Assembly (NCBI GenBank): GCA_964601935.1
Contig: CAZROP010000001.1
Span: forward strand, 98,428-162,427
Direction: 5' to 3'
Source: an uncultured Candidatus Saccharibacteria bacterium
Lineage (GTDB): Bacteria; Patescibacteriota; Minisyncoccia; Phycocordibacterales; UBA1006
Length of the DNA stretch: 64,000 nt
Shown here in pieces: positions 1 to 11,729 of this stretch. How positions within the stretch are numbered: position 1 is the stretch's first letter; each line of letters starts with the position of its first letter. The position numbers and the translations under genes are program-made. Under the pieces are notes generated by a model. The model saw only the letters and a list, made by a program, of their open reading frames with translations, made no database searches and had not been told where the DNA came from.

Positions 1-831
1 AATAATTGCAAAGTTCAATAACGATACAGAGCCTTCTGGTAATGTTGATCCCAGTGCAATAATTCCTAGTGCGGTCAGTGGCACTGTTGCGAGTGCGAAT
101 GCGCGTGGTAGAGCATTCAGAAGAATGCTTTTGATTCTGCGCCAATCAACGCCTGCTACCCATTGAGGTAACGCCATACCTAGCGAACGTGTTGCGATTA
201 GCTGAACCAGCATATGCATCAGTGCAGCGACTACAATGCCGAGAGGCAATACCCAATATCCCAGTGCCTCGTACCCAAACCATACCGACACCACCATCCC
301 CAAGTTATAGATCAGGGGCGACAGAGCGACTACAATGAACTGCTTGTGCATATGCGCCGAAAGTCCGAGGATATTGGAAATCCCTAGGAATATAGGCGAT
401 ATCAGTATAATACGCGACATATCAATAGCCATTGCCAATGTTGCTGGTGCGAATCCAGGCGCAAGTAACGGTATGATAACCGGTGCCAACACAATCAGTA
501 TCAGCGCCAGAACAATAGACCCAATACTTTGGACGGTATATATCTCAGAGAGGAACCGTTGCTTTTTTTCTGGTGACTGTTCGCGCACGATATATGGCAA
601 TAGAGTAGTTGCCACAAAGAGGGCCGCTGTTGTCACATACAATACATCAGGTATTTTATGTGCCAAGACATAGGCATCTAGCACAGGACCCGGCCCAATC
701 GTACTCGCTAGTATGCGCTCACGGACAATACCAACCAGTGTAACCAACAATGTGACGCAGGAATATGCAAAGGCACCTGCCTCGGGCGAAGAAAAGCCTT
801 GAGAAAAAAACCTTCCAATTTTTTGTACCAT
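1..831 (-). CDS. murJ: Lipid II flippase MurJ/MviN family; 3' end cut by the window edge, N-terminal ~277 aa present
   Basis: Minus-strand translation from the ATG at 829-831 reads MVQKIGRFFSQGFSSPEAGAFAYSCVTLLVTLVGIVRERILASTIGPGPVLDAYVLAHKIPDVLYVTTAALF... and stays open to position 1 with multiple hydrophobic TM segments. The R-E-x-I-x-A...DA-Y-x-x-A-x-K-I-P motif matches the MurJ N-terminal signature. It is absent from the ORF track because there is no stop inside the window. Confidence 0.55.
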   Translation of the reverse strand, partial: MVQKIGRFFSQGFSSPEAGAFAYSCVTLLVTLVGIVRERILASTIGPGPVLDAYVLAHKIPDVLYVTTAALFVATTLLPYIVREQSPEKKQRFLSEIYTVQSIGSIVLALILIVLAPVIIPLLAPGFAPATLAMAIDMSRIILISPIFLGISNILGLSAHMHKQFIVVALSPLIYNLGMVVSVWFGYEALGYWVLPLGIVVAALMHMLVQLIATRSLGMALPQWVAGVDWRRIKSILLNALPRAFALATVPLTALGIIALGSTLPEGSVSLLNFAII

Positions 832-832
832 A

Positions 833-3433
833 CTAATCAGTTACAATAAAGTTAATTATTTTGTTCGGCACAAAAATAGTTTTTGTAATTGATTTACCAA
901 CAACCCACCGCGTGTAGGCATCCGTAGACAATGCCAGCTGTATCACCTCTTCCTCTGTAGCATCTAATGGTATTTCCAGTTCGCCACGAGGTTTGCCATT
1001 GACCGACACAGCAATGACCACTGTGTTGTCAGTTAATACATCAGCACTATACTCAGGCCAGCTCGCACGATGAATACTGTCAGAGCTACCCATGACAGAG
1101 TACAGTTCTTCGGTCATATGGGGAGCGAATGGCGCGAGAATAACGAGTAGTGAACGAATATCCTCTACCGATAACACCTCTCGATCAAGCACGTTAATAC
1201 ACTCCATTAATGCCGCAACCGCTGTATTGAATTTGAAATCTACGATATCCTCCCCAACCTTTTTGATTGTTCTATGAAGCGATTTGCGTGCGATCTCGCT
1301 GGACTGCACACCCTCAGTACGTGCACGATATGCAATTCGCCACACACGCTCCAGGAATCGTCGACACCCTACCAACCCATCGATAATCCATGGCTGACTT
1401 GCATCAAATGGTCCGATAAAACATTGATAGAGGCGAAATGTGTCCGCGCCGAATCGCTCTATCATTTCGTCCGGAGTAACTGTGTTGCCCCAACGCTTGG
1501 ACATTTTGCGCCCATCTGCAGCCAGTATCATACCCTGGTTACGCAATGCAGCAAATGGCTCTTCTGTCGGCGCAACGCCTATATCATAGAGAAATTTATT
1601 CCAGAATCGTGAGTACAGCAAATGCCCGGTCGCATGCTCCGTACCTCCCACATACATGTCAACACGCTGCCAATACTCAATTGCATCCTGCCCAGCCAGC
1701 GCGGTAGTGTTCTTGGGATCCATATAGCGCAGCCAGTACCATGATGATCCTGCCCAGCCTGGCATAGTATTGGTTTCGTATCCAGCATCCAACCAGGTAC
1801 TATTGCGTGCTAATGGAGGTTCGCCTGTTTCAGTGGGCGCGTACTGCTCTAACTCTGGCAACACCAGCGGCAGCTGATCTGCATCCATTTCGGTAATTGT
1901 CCCGTCAGTATTATGAATCAACGGGATAGGCTCTCCCCAGTATCGCTGACGAGCAAATATAGCATCACGCATTTTGTACTGCACAGACGATACAGCATAA
2001 TTATTATCAATCAAATACTGACGTATACGCTCATGATCCTGCTGTGGCGACATGCCTGCAAGTGATTGCGGCAATTCAAGCACAGAACTCTCGAATCCAT
2101 CATAACAATAATCGAAATTCTGAATAGCAGACTTTTCTTCTGCGGGAGCCTCTTTTGGAAACATCACCGCCACGAGAGGTAGTCCATATTTTTTTGCAAA
2201 AGCAAAGTCACGACTATCGTGTGCCGAGCATTTTATGATGCCGGTACCGTAATTCGCCAGAGCATAACTCGACACCCAGAGCGGCAAATCGCGACCTGTT
2301 ATAGGATCCTCTAGATATATACCTGTGAAAAAACCTTCGTGCTCCTGAGTTGTTTTGTAAGCATAACTATTTCTCTTTGCTGCTACAGAATCAGCATGCT
2401 GTAATAAGGTGTCTTTGTCAGGATGCCCGGAAAGTAACTCTGCGAGCATGGCATGATCCGCAGCAATAACTGCAAAGGTGTCTGCATAGAATGCATCAAA
2501 ATGCGTTGAGTATGTTTGCACTATTTTCTCTGACCCTTTGACCTGTAAAGAGAATAGTACGCCTGTTTGTTTTCCTATCCAATTACGCTGAGTTGTCTTT
2601 ATGCTCTCGCTCCAATCCAGTGATTCCAATCCAGACAGCAATCGGTCGGCGTATGCAGTGATTCGCATGAACCATTGGCGCATTGATTTTTTGGTTACAG
2701 GATAATCTCCACGTTCACTGATCAGGTTCCCATCCGAATCAGTCTTTACCTCGTCATTTGCCAATACAGTCCCCAATTCTGCACACCAGTTTACCTCGGC
2801 GTAGCCTTCATAGGCAAGACGATAATTCATCAGAATTCCTTGCTGTTCTAACTCTGACATTGTATTCCAATCATCAGTAGAAAATGTAGGGCGATGTGAA
2901 CAGGCAGCAGATACAGACGCGCTGCCTGCAATCTGAAATTGTTGAACAAGCTGGGTAATCGGCAGCGCCTTGTCCGCCTGTATATCATAGTAGTGATTAT
3001 ATAAATGCAGGAATATCCACTGCGTCCAGCGATAAAAATCAGGACGATGTGTCGCTATTTCTCGCGACCAATCATATGACATTCCTATCATCGATAATTG
3101 AGATTTAAATGTCTGTATCAGCTCCTCGGTAAATGGACCGGGATTATTGCCAGTTTTGATTGCGTACTGTTCTGCAGGTAGCCCAAAACTATCGAACCCC
3201 ATAGGATGTAACACATTGAATCCCTGCATTCTTTTGAAACGCGAAAACACATCGCTCGCGACATATCCACGAGGGTGTCCCACATGTAGACCTGCCCCGG
3301 ACGGGTACGGGAACATGTCTAGGCAGTAATATTTAGGCCTTGCGGTATCTTCTGTAACCTTGTATACCCCATTATCTTGCCAGTATTCCTGCCATTTTGG
3401 TTCGATCGACTGGGGATCATAGTTAGGAGTCAT
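833..3433 (-). CDS. leuS: Leucyl-tRNA synthetase
   Basis: 866 aa. HIGH-type motif (PYPSGAGLHVGHPRGY) and KMSKS motif (KMSKRWGN) are present. Length and domain order are typical of bacterial LeuRS. Confidence 0.95.
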   Translation of the reverse strand: MTPNYDPQSIEPKWQEYWQDNGVYKVTEDTARPKYYCLDMFPYPSGAGLHVGHPRGYVASDVFSRFKRMQGFNVLHPMGFDSFGLPAEQYAIKTGNNPGPFTEELIQTFKSQLSMIGMSYDWSREIATHRPDFYRWTQWIFLHLYNHYYDIQADKALPITQLVQQFQIAGSASVSAACSHRPTFSTDDWNTMSELEQQGILMNYRLAYEGYAEVNWCAELGTVLANDEVKTDSDGNLISERGDYPVTKKSMRQWFMRITAYADRLLSGLESLDWSESIKTTQRNWIGKQTGVLFSLQVKGSEKIVQTYSTHFDAFYADTFAVIAADHAMLAELLSGHPDKDTLLQHADSVAAKRNSYAYKTTQEHEGFFTGIYLEDPITGRDLPLWVSSYALANYGTGIIKCSAHDSRDFAFAKKYGLPLVAVMFPKEAPAEEKSAIQNFDYCYDGFESSVLELPQSLAGMSPQQDHERIRQYLIDNNYAVSSVQYKMRDAIFARQRYWGEPIPLIHNTDGTITEMDADQLPLVLPELEQYAPTETGEPPLARNSTWLDAGYETNTMPGWAGSSWYWLRYMDPKNTTALAGQDAIEYWQRVDMYVGGTEHATGHLLYSRFWNKFLYDIGVAPTEEPFAALRNQGMILAADGRKMSKRWGNTVTPDEMIERFGADTFRLYQCFIGPFDASQPWIIDGLVGCRRFLERVWRIAYRARTEGVQSSEIARKSLHRTIKKVGEDIVDFKFNTAVAALMECINVLDREVLSVEDIRSLLVILAPFAPHMTEELYSVMGSSDSIHRASWPEYSADVLTDNTVVIAVSVNGKPRGELEIPLDATEEEVIQLALSTDAYTRWVVGKSITKTIFVPNKIINFIVTD

Positions 3434-3641
3434 ATGGGTATATTGTACACGTATACCGTCAAAAATACAGGATAATTGAAAGAGGACTACATATGAAAAA
3501 ACCGACTCACAATAAATTGATTGCCGGTTTTTTCAGTGTAGTTGCGACCCCCGAAAGGGTCACTTCTACCTATCTAATATAGCACACTATCTTTAGAATG
3601 CAAGTCTTTTCCCGAACGCAAATCCATCCTCATCGTCTACC

Positions 3642-4238
3642 CTATATATACCCTGATTCTCGAAAGACCTTTTCGTATAGATAGTAGGTCTGGAGAGCTT
3701 GGCGCTGATCCAGCACGAATCCACTACCCGCATGGGCTATTTGGTTACGCACCTTGTGTGCCTCCCACGCCTCGTTAAGAGCTGGGAATGTATGCTTGTT
3801 TGCTGATTTCATACGTTCACCTAATGTATTCCCGGGATATCCCAATCGTGCGAACAGATCATCCAGCATAGTGTCGGCATCGATAATTGCAACACGCCAG
3901 TCTGCCGGGTTCGGCGTACGAATCAGATAACTAATCGTTTCCCAGCGCTGATTCTGGATAACTTCAGGTGCTGACTGTAGATACATGCTCGCGATTCGCG
4001 CCTCACGCTTCTTTTTTATTTCTGACAACTTTCCACTAAATACCATATAGAACAATATCACTGACGCCACCATGATTGCCAACAAAATATCGAGCCAGTA
4101 TATGCCAACTCCCCCAACTCTAAACAACGGATCGCCAACACCGAATATAAAAGCCAAGAAATTTCCTATACCACGAAAGAGCCATCCAAAAAAATCAGAA
4201 ATCACATCAGGCGATATCCAAAATGAATCTGTGAACAT
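3642..4238 (-). CDS. Membrane-anchored hypothetical protein with an Rx4H (HEPN-like) motif in its C-terminal domain
   Basis: 198 aa. N-terminal hydrophobic helices (ILLAIMVASVILFYMVFSG) precede a soluble domain containing EAHKVRNQIAHAG, which fits the R-x4-H pattern. There is no recognisable housekeeping homology. Confidence 0.5.
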   Translation of the reverse strand: MFTDSFWISPDVISDFFGWLFRGIGNFLAFIFGVGDPLFRVGGVGIYWLDILLAIMVASVILFYMVFSGKLSEIKKKREARIASMYLQSAPEVIQNQRWETISYLIRTPNPADWRVAIIDADTMLDDLFARLGYPGNTLGERMKSANKHTFPALNEAWEAHKVRNQIAHAGSGFVLDQRQALQTYYLYEKVFRESGYI

Positions 4239-4299
4239 ACTATACTGCTAGTATACCGCAGAGCACTGATAAAAAACAACATATAACCACTTATTTACA

Positions 4300-4794
4300 T
4301 TAATGTATTAATGCAGTAATATTTTCGCAGACACGTCCTATCTCGTACTCATTAACCTCTTTGAAATCAGGCCTTAGCACTACATATTGATAAGCATTTA
4401 TAAACGCTTGATTCTCGTAGAGTAACCCGTGCTGGTACATGGCCCTTGCTAAAAGCTTTATGTTATTCAACTTCATCTTTCGATCCTCTAACATCTGCTC
4501 ATCATCAAACTGGCTACCTTTATAATAATCAGTAACATTAAAATTTAATAAAGCTTCCAACACAGAATCAACTTGCATTTGAGTTTCTGGACTCAGGGAG
4601 TTATGACCAGTGTACTCTCTAGTAAATCGAGCAATATTGTAGATATTTTGTTCATAAGTCTCATTATGCAGCATTTCACTGTCAGTCAAAGGTGTTAAAA
4701 CAAAATCTTTAAAGACACCAATTGCAGCAGTCACTGGCACGAGAGATCTTTCCGTCTCTGGTAAATTAATAAGTTTTTCTGTCATATACGACAT
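4300..4794 (-). CDS. Hypothetical protein (164 aa)
   Basis: Clean ORF with protein-like composition, tightly spaced between gatA and the HEPN-like gene. No family recognised. Confidence 0.45.
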   Translation of the reverse strand: MSYMTEKLINLPETERSLVPVTAAIGVFKDFVLTPLTDSEMLHNETYEQNIYNIARFTREYTGHNSLSPETQMQVDSVLEALLNFNVTDYYKGSQFDDEQMLEDRKMKLNNIKLLARAMYQHGLLYENQAFINAYQYVVLRPDFKEVNEYEIGRVCENITALIH

Positions 4795-4808
4795 TGTACT
4801 ACAAGACC

Positions 4809-6221
4809 CTACCCACGCAAACCCTCTATAACCTTACCTAGCGCAAACAATCGCTCTTCGCCAAATCGAGGACCCATGATTTGTACACCCAGCGGCATAC
4901 CTGTTGTATCCAATCCATATGGGACAGATAATGCAGGGACGCCTGCCAGGTTGGCAGGTACTGTGAATACATCCATCATATACATTGCGACAGGATCTGC
5001 CACCTCACCTAGTTTGAATGCACCCATAGTAGTGGTCGGGGTCAGTACCACATCAACATCGTTATATGCAGCATATATTTCCTGACGAATGAGCTCGCGC
5101 ACTTGGGTAGCTTTTGTATAATATGCATCACGATAACCAGCAGATAACACATAGGCACCTAGCAACATGCGACGTTCTGTTTCGGGACCGAATCCTGCCC
5201 CCTTCGACTGCATATAGGTATCCAATAAATCAGAACCAGTAACACGTACACCAAATCGTATTCCGTCCATGCGCGCAAGATTTGTGGATACCTCTGCTGG
5301 AATAATTACATAGTATACTGGCACCGATGCGGTAATTGTCGGCAATTCAATATCCCGTACTTCGTATCCTGCAGCAGTTAGTTTCTGAATCAAACTCTCA
5401 AATTCTGAACGAACAGTATCAGATACACCATCCATACCCAGAAGCCTGCGAGGGACACCGATTACTTTCACCTCGCTACTAGGAATAATTCTCTCCGCAT
5501 CCGGGACAGACTGTGCGTCACGATCATCAAATCCATTCATGATGCCAAACAAAGTCTTGCAGTCATCGACGTGCGTACCCACAGGACCCGGCTGATCCAG
5601 TGATGAGCCCATAGCAATTAACCCATAGCGAGAACATGAACCGTAAGTAGGATAGAGTCCGCACAAACCACAGAACGATGCAGGCAAACGTACTGATCCT
5701 GCAGTATCTGTCCCGATAGCGGCCACACACATACCTGCTGCCACCGATGCAGCTGCCCCTCCTGACGATCCACCGGGCACACGAGTCGTATCTAATGGAT
5801 TTTTAGTTGGTCCGTATGCAGAATATTCACACGATGAACCCATAGCGAATTCATCCATGTTTGTACGCCCGATAATAACCGCTCCCGCAAGAAGAAGCTT
5901 TTCTACCACATCCGAACTATACGGAGCCATGTAATTCTCTAGAATCTTTGAGGATGCAGATGCACGATGATGTGCGAACAAAACATTATCTTTTATCGAC
6001 ACAGGAACACCCAGCAATGGACCCGCCTCACCATTCGCACGGCGACGATCTGCATCAGCTGCCTGATCCAGCACATCTTCGTATACTTCTAAAAAGATAT
6101 TCAGTTCTGTATTAGATTCATGAATGCGCGCCAAACATGCATTCGCCAAATCAACTGCGGTGACACTGCCTGCTGATAATAATGCCTGCGCTTCAGCTAT
6201 AGTTTTTGGAACTTCGATCAT
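4809..6221 (-). CDS. gatA: Glu-tRNA(Gln)/Asp-tRNA(Asn) amidotransferase subunit A
   Basis: Amidase signature GGSSGGAAASVAAG and a Ser/Gly-rich catalytic core. The probable start is MIEVPKTIAEAQ at 6221; the ORF track extends it to 6290. It lies directly downstream of gatC. Confidence 0.9.
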   Translation of the reverse strand: MIEVPKTIAEAQALLSAGSVTAVDLANACLARIHESNTELNIFLEVYEDVLDQAADADRRRANGEAGPLLGVPVSIKDNVLFAHHRASASSKILENYMAPYSSDVVEKLLLAGAVIIGRTNMDEFAMGSSCEYSAYGPTKNPLDTTRVPGGSSGGAAASVAAGMCVAAIGTDTAGSVRLPASFCGLCGLYPTYGSCSRYGLIAMGSSLDQPGPVGTHVDDCKTLFGIMNGFDDRDAQSVPDAERIIPSSEVKVIGVPRRLLGMDGVSDTVRSEFESLIQKLTAAGYEVRDIELPTITASVPVYYVIIPAEVSTNLARMDGIRFGVRVTGSDLLDTYMQSKGAGFGPETERRMLLGAYVLSAGYRDAYYTKATQVRELIRQEIYAAYNDVDVVLTPTTTMGAFKLGEVADPVAMYMMDVFTVPANLAGVPALSVPYGLDTTGMPLGVQIMGPRFGEERLFALGKVIEGLRG

Positions 6222-6228
6222 ATGATTA

Positions 6229-6516
6229 TTATTTTTTGAGCACCTGCTGAACTCGTAATTGACCGAGCGTATTGTCAGGAAAATTAGCAACGATGCCCTC
6301 TACCGTGTCGGTCGATGCAGAACGCACGATGTCGGGTCGCACATGATTTACGATGTTATGCTGCACCTGAAACCCATCAGGAATAACGATGCTGTTAATC
6401 TCATCAATGCACCTCAGTATGGATTTGAAATCCTCCAATCGCTTAGGGATATCTTCGGGTGCCACCTGTACGCGTGCTAGGAGGGACAGTTTTTGCAATA
6501 ATGCCTCATCAATCAT
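6229..6516 (-). CDS. gatC: Glu-tRNA(Gln) amidotransferase subunit C
   Basis: 95 aa, immediately upstream of gatA on the same strand. Size and position are typical of GatC. Confidence 0.7.
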   Translation of the reverse strand: MIDEALLQKLSLLARVQVAPEDIPKRLEDFKSILRCIDEINSIVIPDGFQVQHNIVNHVRPDIVRSASTDTVEGIVANFPDNTLGQLRVQQVLKK

Positions 6517-6615
6517 ATTTCTTTATACTACCAGGAAACCATTCAAAAATGAAATTTGACTTTTGACACAGGAATGGCGAATAGTGCACCTACACACAAT
6601 ATATCCGAGACCACC

Positions 6616-6678
6616 CTGAAAAGAAAAATATGGTATATCGACCACAGCTGTTGAGCTACGGAACGATATACCATATTT
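6616..6678 (-). terminator. Rho-independent terminator: 15 bp perfect inverted repeat (6626-6640 / 6664-6678), then a T-run on the minus strand
   Basis: AAATATGGTATATCG, 23 nt loop, CGATATACCATATTT. On the minus strand it is followed by TTTTTCTTTTC. It lies just downstream of the 92 aa membrane ORF. Confidence 0.6.
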
Positions 6679-6679
6679 A

Positions 6680-6958
6680 CTAAAGATCTCTGCCCTCTAG
6701 CATTAAAACACCGCCAAAGGCTACTATTGCGAGAATGAGTAACAAGAACCAAATCCCGAGAGACGCCACGAACCCTGCAGGAGACAAACCCAGCAATCCG
6801 AATAAGATGGAGCACTCTGCAGCAACCCCGAGTATGCCTATTTCCCATTGTTTTCTTCTTAAAATGGGGCGAGGAGCAATCCCTTGGTGGCTGGTTACCA
6901 GAATGTATAACGCTCCTGCGATGGAGCAAAACGCGAGCAATAAATATAACCAGTGCAT
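6680..6958 (-). CDS. Small membrane protein (92 aa, 3 predicted TM segments)
   Basis: Hydrophobic, TM-like translation (LLLAFCSIAGALYILV..., LGIWFLLLILAIVAFGGVLML) followed by a strong terminator hairpin. Preferred over the overlapping R/C-rich 128 aa frame. Confidence 0.5.
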   Translation of the reverse strand: MHWLYLLLAFCSIAGALYILVTSHQGIAPRPILRRKQWEIGILGVAAECSILFGLLGLSPAGFVASLGIWFLLLILAIVAFGGVLMLEGRDL

Positions 6959-7023
6959 AAGCGTTGAGTTTTATTAGTTTACTTCATAAAACCATGAAAT
7001 CCTGAAAAAGCAACTGGTTAAAT

Positions 7024-9027
<2,004 letters not shown>

Positions 9028-9094
9028 CTAGTATATCAAAAGTAGCCCTTCATGCGAGGACTACTTTAATCCAGAAGTATATAGAGATACTACC

Positions 9095-9691
9095 CTAGGA
9101 GACTACGACAGGTATCCTGACCAAGATTTTTCGTTCCACCAGATTAGGATCTGACAATAGAGGCTTCATAAGGCTGGCAGAATCAGATTCACAAATACTA
9201 TACCCATACGCTTCGAGCATATATCCTGTCTCAATCTCTCGCGTCACCAGGTTGGCCCACGTAGCATCTGCTGTAATGACCACAACGCCACATGCAGATG
9301 ATTCACCCCCGCCCGAACTTGCAGTCCAAGGTATGTTAGGTACAGACCATCCCACCCCTACAGATACAGGTACTGTGTTACGAAAATCAAAATAGTAAAC
9401 TTCCTTGAGAGGGTCCGATAGTTGATCTGTTCGCACAACGCCACCGCAACTAAATGTTGCAGCATCTGGATAAATTTTTGCGAGTCCGCACTCCATCCCT
9501 GTATCAGCAGCTGCAAATGCAGATTGTGTTTCTGACTGAATAGAGCCCAACTGGGATTGTCGCGTAGAGGACAGTAATAAGGAAACTGATATACCTACTG
9601 TAACTGATATGACAACAATGGTAAACAACAGAATAAATCCATTCTGTTTTGGTATATTTCGTAAAGATTGTAATAAGTGTATATTCTTCAT
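9095..9691 (-). CDS. Type IV pilin-like / minor pseudopilin protein
   Basis: The N-terminus KQNGFILLFTIVVISVTVGISVSLL resembles a degenerate class III signal (G-F-hydrophobic stretch). It is the last gene of the pilin cluster. Confidence 0.45.
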   Translation of the reverse strand: MKNIHLLQSLRNIPKQNGFILLFTIVVISVTVGISVSLLLSSTRQSQLGSIQSETQSAFAAADTGMECGLAKIYPDAATFSCGGVVRTDQLSDPLKEVYYFDFRNTVPVSVGVGWSVPNIPWTASSGGGESSACGVVVITADATWANLVTREIETGYMLEAYGYSICESDSASLMKPLLSDPNLVERKILVRIPVVVS

Positions 9692-9694
9692 ATG

Positions 9695-10321
9695 TTACCC
9701 TGTTGGACCAGGTGTTGGGCCAGGTCCCGGTCCGGGGTCTGGGAGAGGTGTAGTTGGTGTCAAATCCTGCTCTTCATACCAAGGACGGAATTCTTTGGTT
9801 AATACAATCTGTTTCTGTATCAATGCATCCGACGTGGTGTACCATACAACAGCACGCACAAATACACCGTTATCATTCAGTCCTGTAGGTTTTATATATA
9901 GGATTCGACGAAAAGAAGTCGCCTCTGTAGTTGTTGCATTATTGGTAAAATTTACCACCACTCCTGCTGCAGAAGGAATATTCTTTACTCTGGCACAGTC
10001 GCCCGCAGGATTTGTACAGGCTGCGAGTGTAACTGTACTCGCCACAGCATCAGTGTAGTCAATACGGCAGCCTTGACCACAAGGTTTTATCATCCCAAAA
10101 GGGCTGGCGATATTTCCTGCTAATACCTCGGACATAATGAGCTGTTGAGCAATCTCTATCGCTTCCACCGCCAAAAATTCTGCCTGGACTCGCCGCTCCG
10201 CCTCACGCGAGTTCACTGTCGTGCGTGAAGTAATCAGCGTCAAAGCACCCAACGATAATGTCAGTGCCAATATGGCAACTAGTGTTTCTATCAAAGTAAA
10301 TCCTCGTAGTTTAGTTCTCAT
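9695..10321 (-). CDS. Type IV pilin-like protein (prepilin N-terminal cleavage/methylation domain)
   Basis: MRTKLRGFTLIETLVAILALTLSLGAL is the canonical G|FTLIE prepilin motif followed by a hydrophobic helix. The C-terminus is Pro/Gly-rich (PDPGPGPGPTPGPTG). Confidence 0.65.
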   Translation of the reverse strand: MRTKLRGFTLIETLVAILALTLSLGALTLITSRTTVNSREAERRVQAEFLAVEAIEIAQQLIMSEVLAGNIASPFGMIKPCGQGCRIDYTDAVASTVTLAACTNPAGDCARVKNIPSAAGVVVNFTNNATTTEATSFRRILYIKPTGLNDNGVFVRAVVWYTTSDALIQKQIVLTKEFRPWYEEQDLTPTTPLPDPGPGPGPTPGPTG

Positions 10322-10326
10322 ACAAT

Positions 10327-10926
10327 TTATATAGGTGAATCAATATCTAGTTGCCGTTGTGTTAGTGTAGTCTGTAGCGGTACAACGAACTCAACCCCTT
10401 TATAAGAATATACGATCTGCATACGCAAACTCACATATGGTTGCTTTACATCGCTAGTACCTACACCTCGGGCAATAAACCCAAAAGTCTTGAATTTTAA
10501 GGAGTAATCATCGTGGAGCTTTTTGTAAGCTTCATTTCCTATTTTCCTCTCTACTACATAATAGTTTGTGCTAGGAACCTGTACAACACGCAGGCGGATC
10601 GAGCGCCCATCCTGGTCACGATAAGCAAATCCAGGAACAGCTACAGATGCACACGTTGAAATATCTACCGTAGTACCTGTTGCGTCAGCACATTCATATT
10701 CAGAACCCATACGAATAGAACGACTAAGCGAGTCCAGCAAAAAATAAGCAGACTGAATGGATTGATCTTTTATACGAACACGCTTTGCAGCAGCATCCAT
10801 AGTAACCACAGAAAGTACACCCAGAGAGATCGTGGTAATGAAAATTGTCATAGATACCAAAACCTCAATCAAGGTAAACCCTGCAGCTATACGAATATTT
10901 TGGTTAGTCTTAAGAGAAAAATTCAT
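10327..10926 (-). CDS. Type IV pilin-like protein (prepilin N-terminal domain)
   Basis: N-terminal ...RIAAGFTLIEVLVSMTIFITTISLGVL is a prepilin peptidase-dependent class III signal. Confidence 0.65.
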   Translation of the reverse strand: MNFSLKTNQNIRIAAGFTLIEVLVSMTIFITTISLGVLSVVTMDAAAKRVRIKDQSIQSAYFLLDSLSRSIRMGSEYECADATGTTVDISTCASVAVPGFAYRDQDGRSIRLRVVQVPSTNYYVVERKIGNEAYKKLHDDYSLKFKTFGFIARGVGTSDVKQPYVSLRMQIVYSYKGVEFVVPLQTTLTQRQLDIDSPI

Positions 10927-10933
10927 ATACTTG

Positions 10934-11578
10934 TTAGCGGACGAAAATGTTTCCTGACGGTTCTATGACGACATATCGATATATCGTACCGTTACCTGAT
11001 GCAGACTCCAGTTGAATTACAGCTGGTTTACCAGCCAACACACCGCGATATGCTGACTCAACAATAGGGTCCGACGCCAGACGAGAAAACTCTATTGAAG
11101 TACTCGTTCCATAGGTAGAGCAGACCCCTGGAGTGACATAATCTACTGTAGTGCACAGGCGCGCTGAGATATTGGTTGCTGCAAGATTTTTTACCTCTAC
11201 AGGAACATCACTGCCCGATTGATACCCTGCTGCTAGATTTACACCACGGTATACGGTTAACTTTGATATCTTACCTCCAGAAACATCGAACTGAACACCG
11301 CTACGCACACGATCGTTACCTGCCAGCATTTCTCCTGTCGTAGAGAAGTCAGTGATTCCCTGGCCTGCAGTACGCCCACCCACCTGGGCCAAATGAATCA
11401 TATTTGCAATATCCAATGCGCTAGCGGACAAGACAACTGACTCACGTGACCCGCGATAATTAAATAAAACCACTGTAGAACTCACCACAACTAGCGCCAT
11501 AACAACGATCAGCTCTGTCAGAGTAAAGCCTTTCACCTTCTGAAGAGAATGATTGTTTCTAGGATACACAGGCGACAT
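10934..11578 (-). CDS. Type IV pilin-like protein (prepilin N-terminal domain)
   Basis: The MSPVYPRNNHSLQKVKGFTLTELIVVMALVVVSST motif is present. The start is chosen at the internal Met at 11578; the ORF track extends it to 11644. Confidence 0.6.
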   Translation of the reverse strand: MSPVYPRNNHSLQKVKGFTLTELIVVMALVVVSSTVVLFNYRGSRESVVLSASALDIANMIHLAQVGGRTAGQGITDFSTTGEMLAGNDRVRSGVQFDVSGGKISKLTVYRGVNLAAGYQSGSDVPVEVKNLAATNISARLCTTVDYVTPGVCSTYGTSTSIEFSRLASDPIVESAYRGVLAGKPAVIQLESASGNGTIYRYVVIEPSGNIFVR

Positions 11579-11729
11579 GCATAGAAAAAATGCGCGGGAG
11601 AATATATTATGGCATCCTGCCACTTTGTGCGATTTCTCATTCATATATTCATAGTATCACGTACACCACCTACCCAACAACGAGCTAGTGCACAGAGCGG
11701 ACATCGGGGGCAGGGTTTCATAGACCCTA

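Noticed and set aside
335-673. 112 aa plus-strand ORF
   Set aside because: It lies antisense to a much better MurJ-like reading frame that stays open on the minus strand from 831 to the window edge. Its composition is low-complexity (ISIIRDISIAIANVAGANPGASNG).
1092-1788. Short plus- and minus-strand ORFs inside leuS (1092..1277, 1274..1612, 1579..1788, 3147..3329)
   Set aside because: These are shadow ORFs nested within the 866 aa LeuRS frame, with no independent support.
6543-6929. 128 aa minus-strand ORF overlapping the 92 aa membrane ORF
   Set aside because: The translation is Arg/Cys/His-rich and un-protein-like. The alternative frame gives a clean 3-TM peptide with a downstream terminator.
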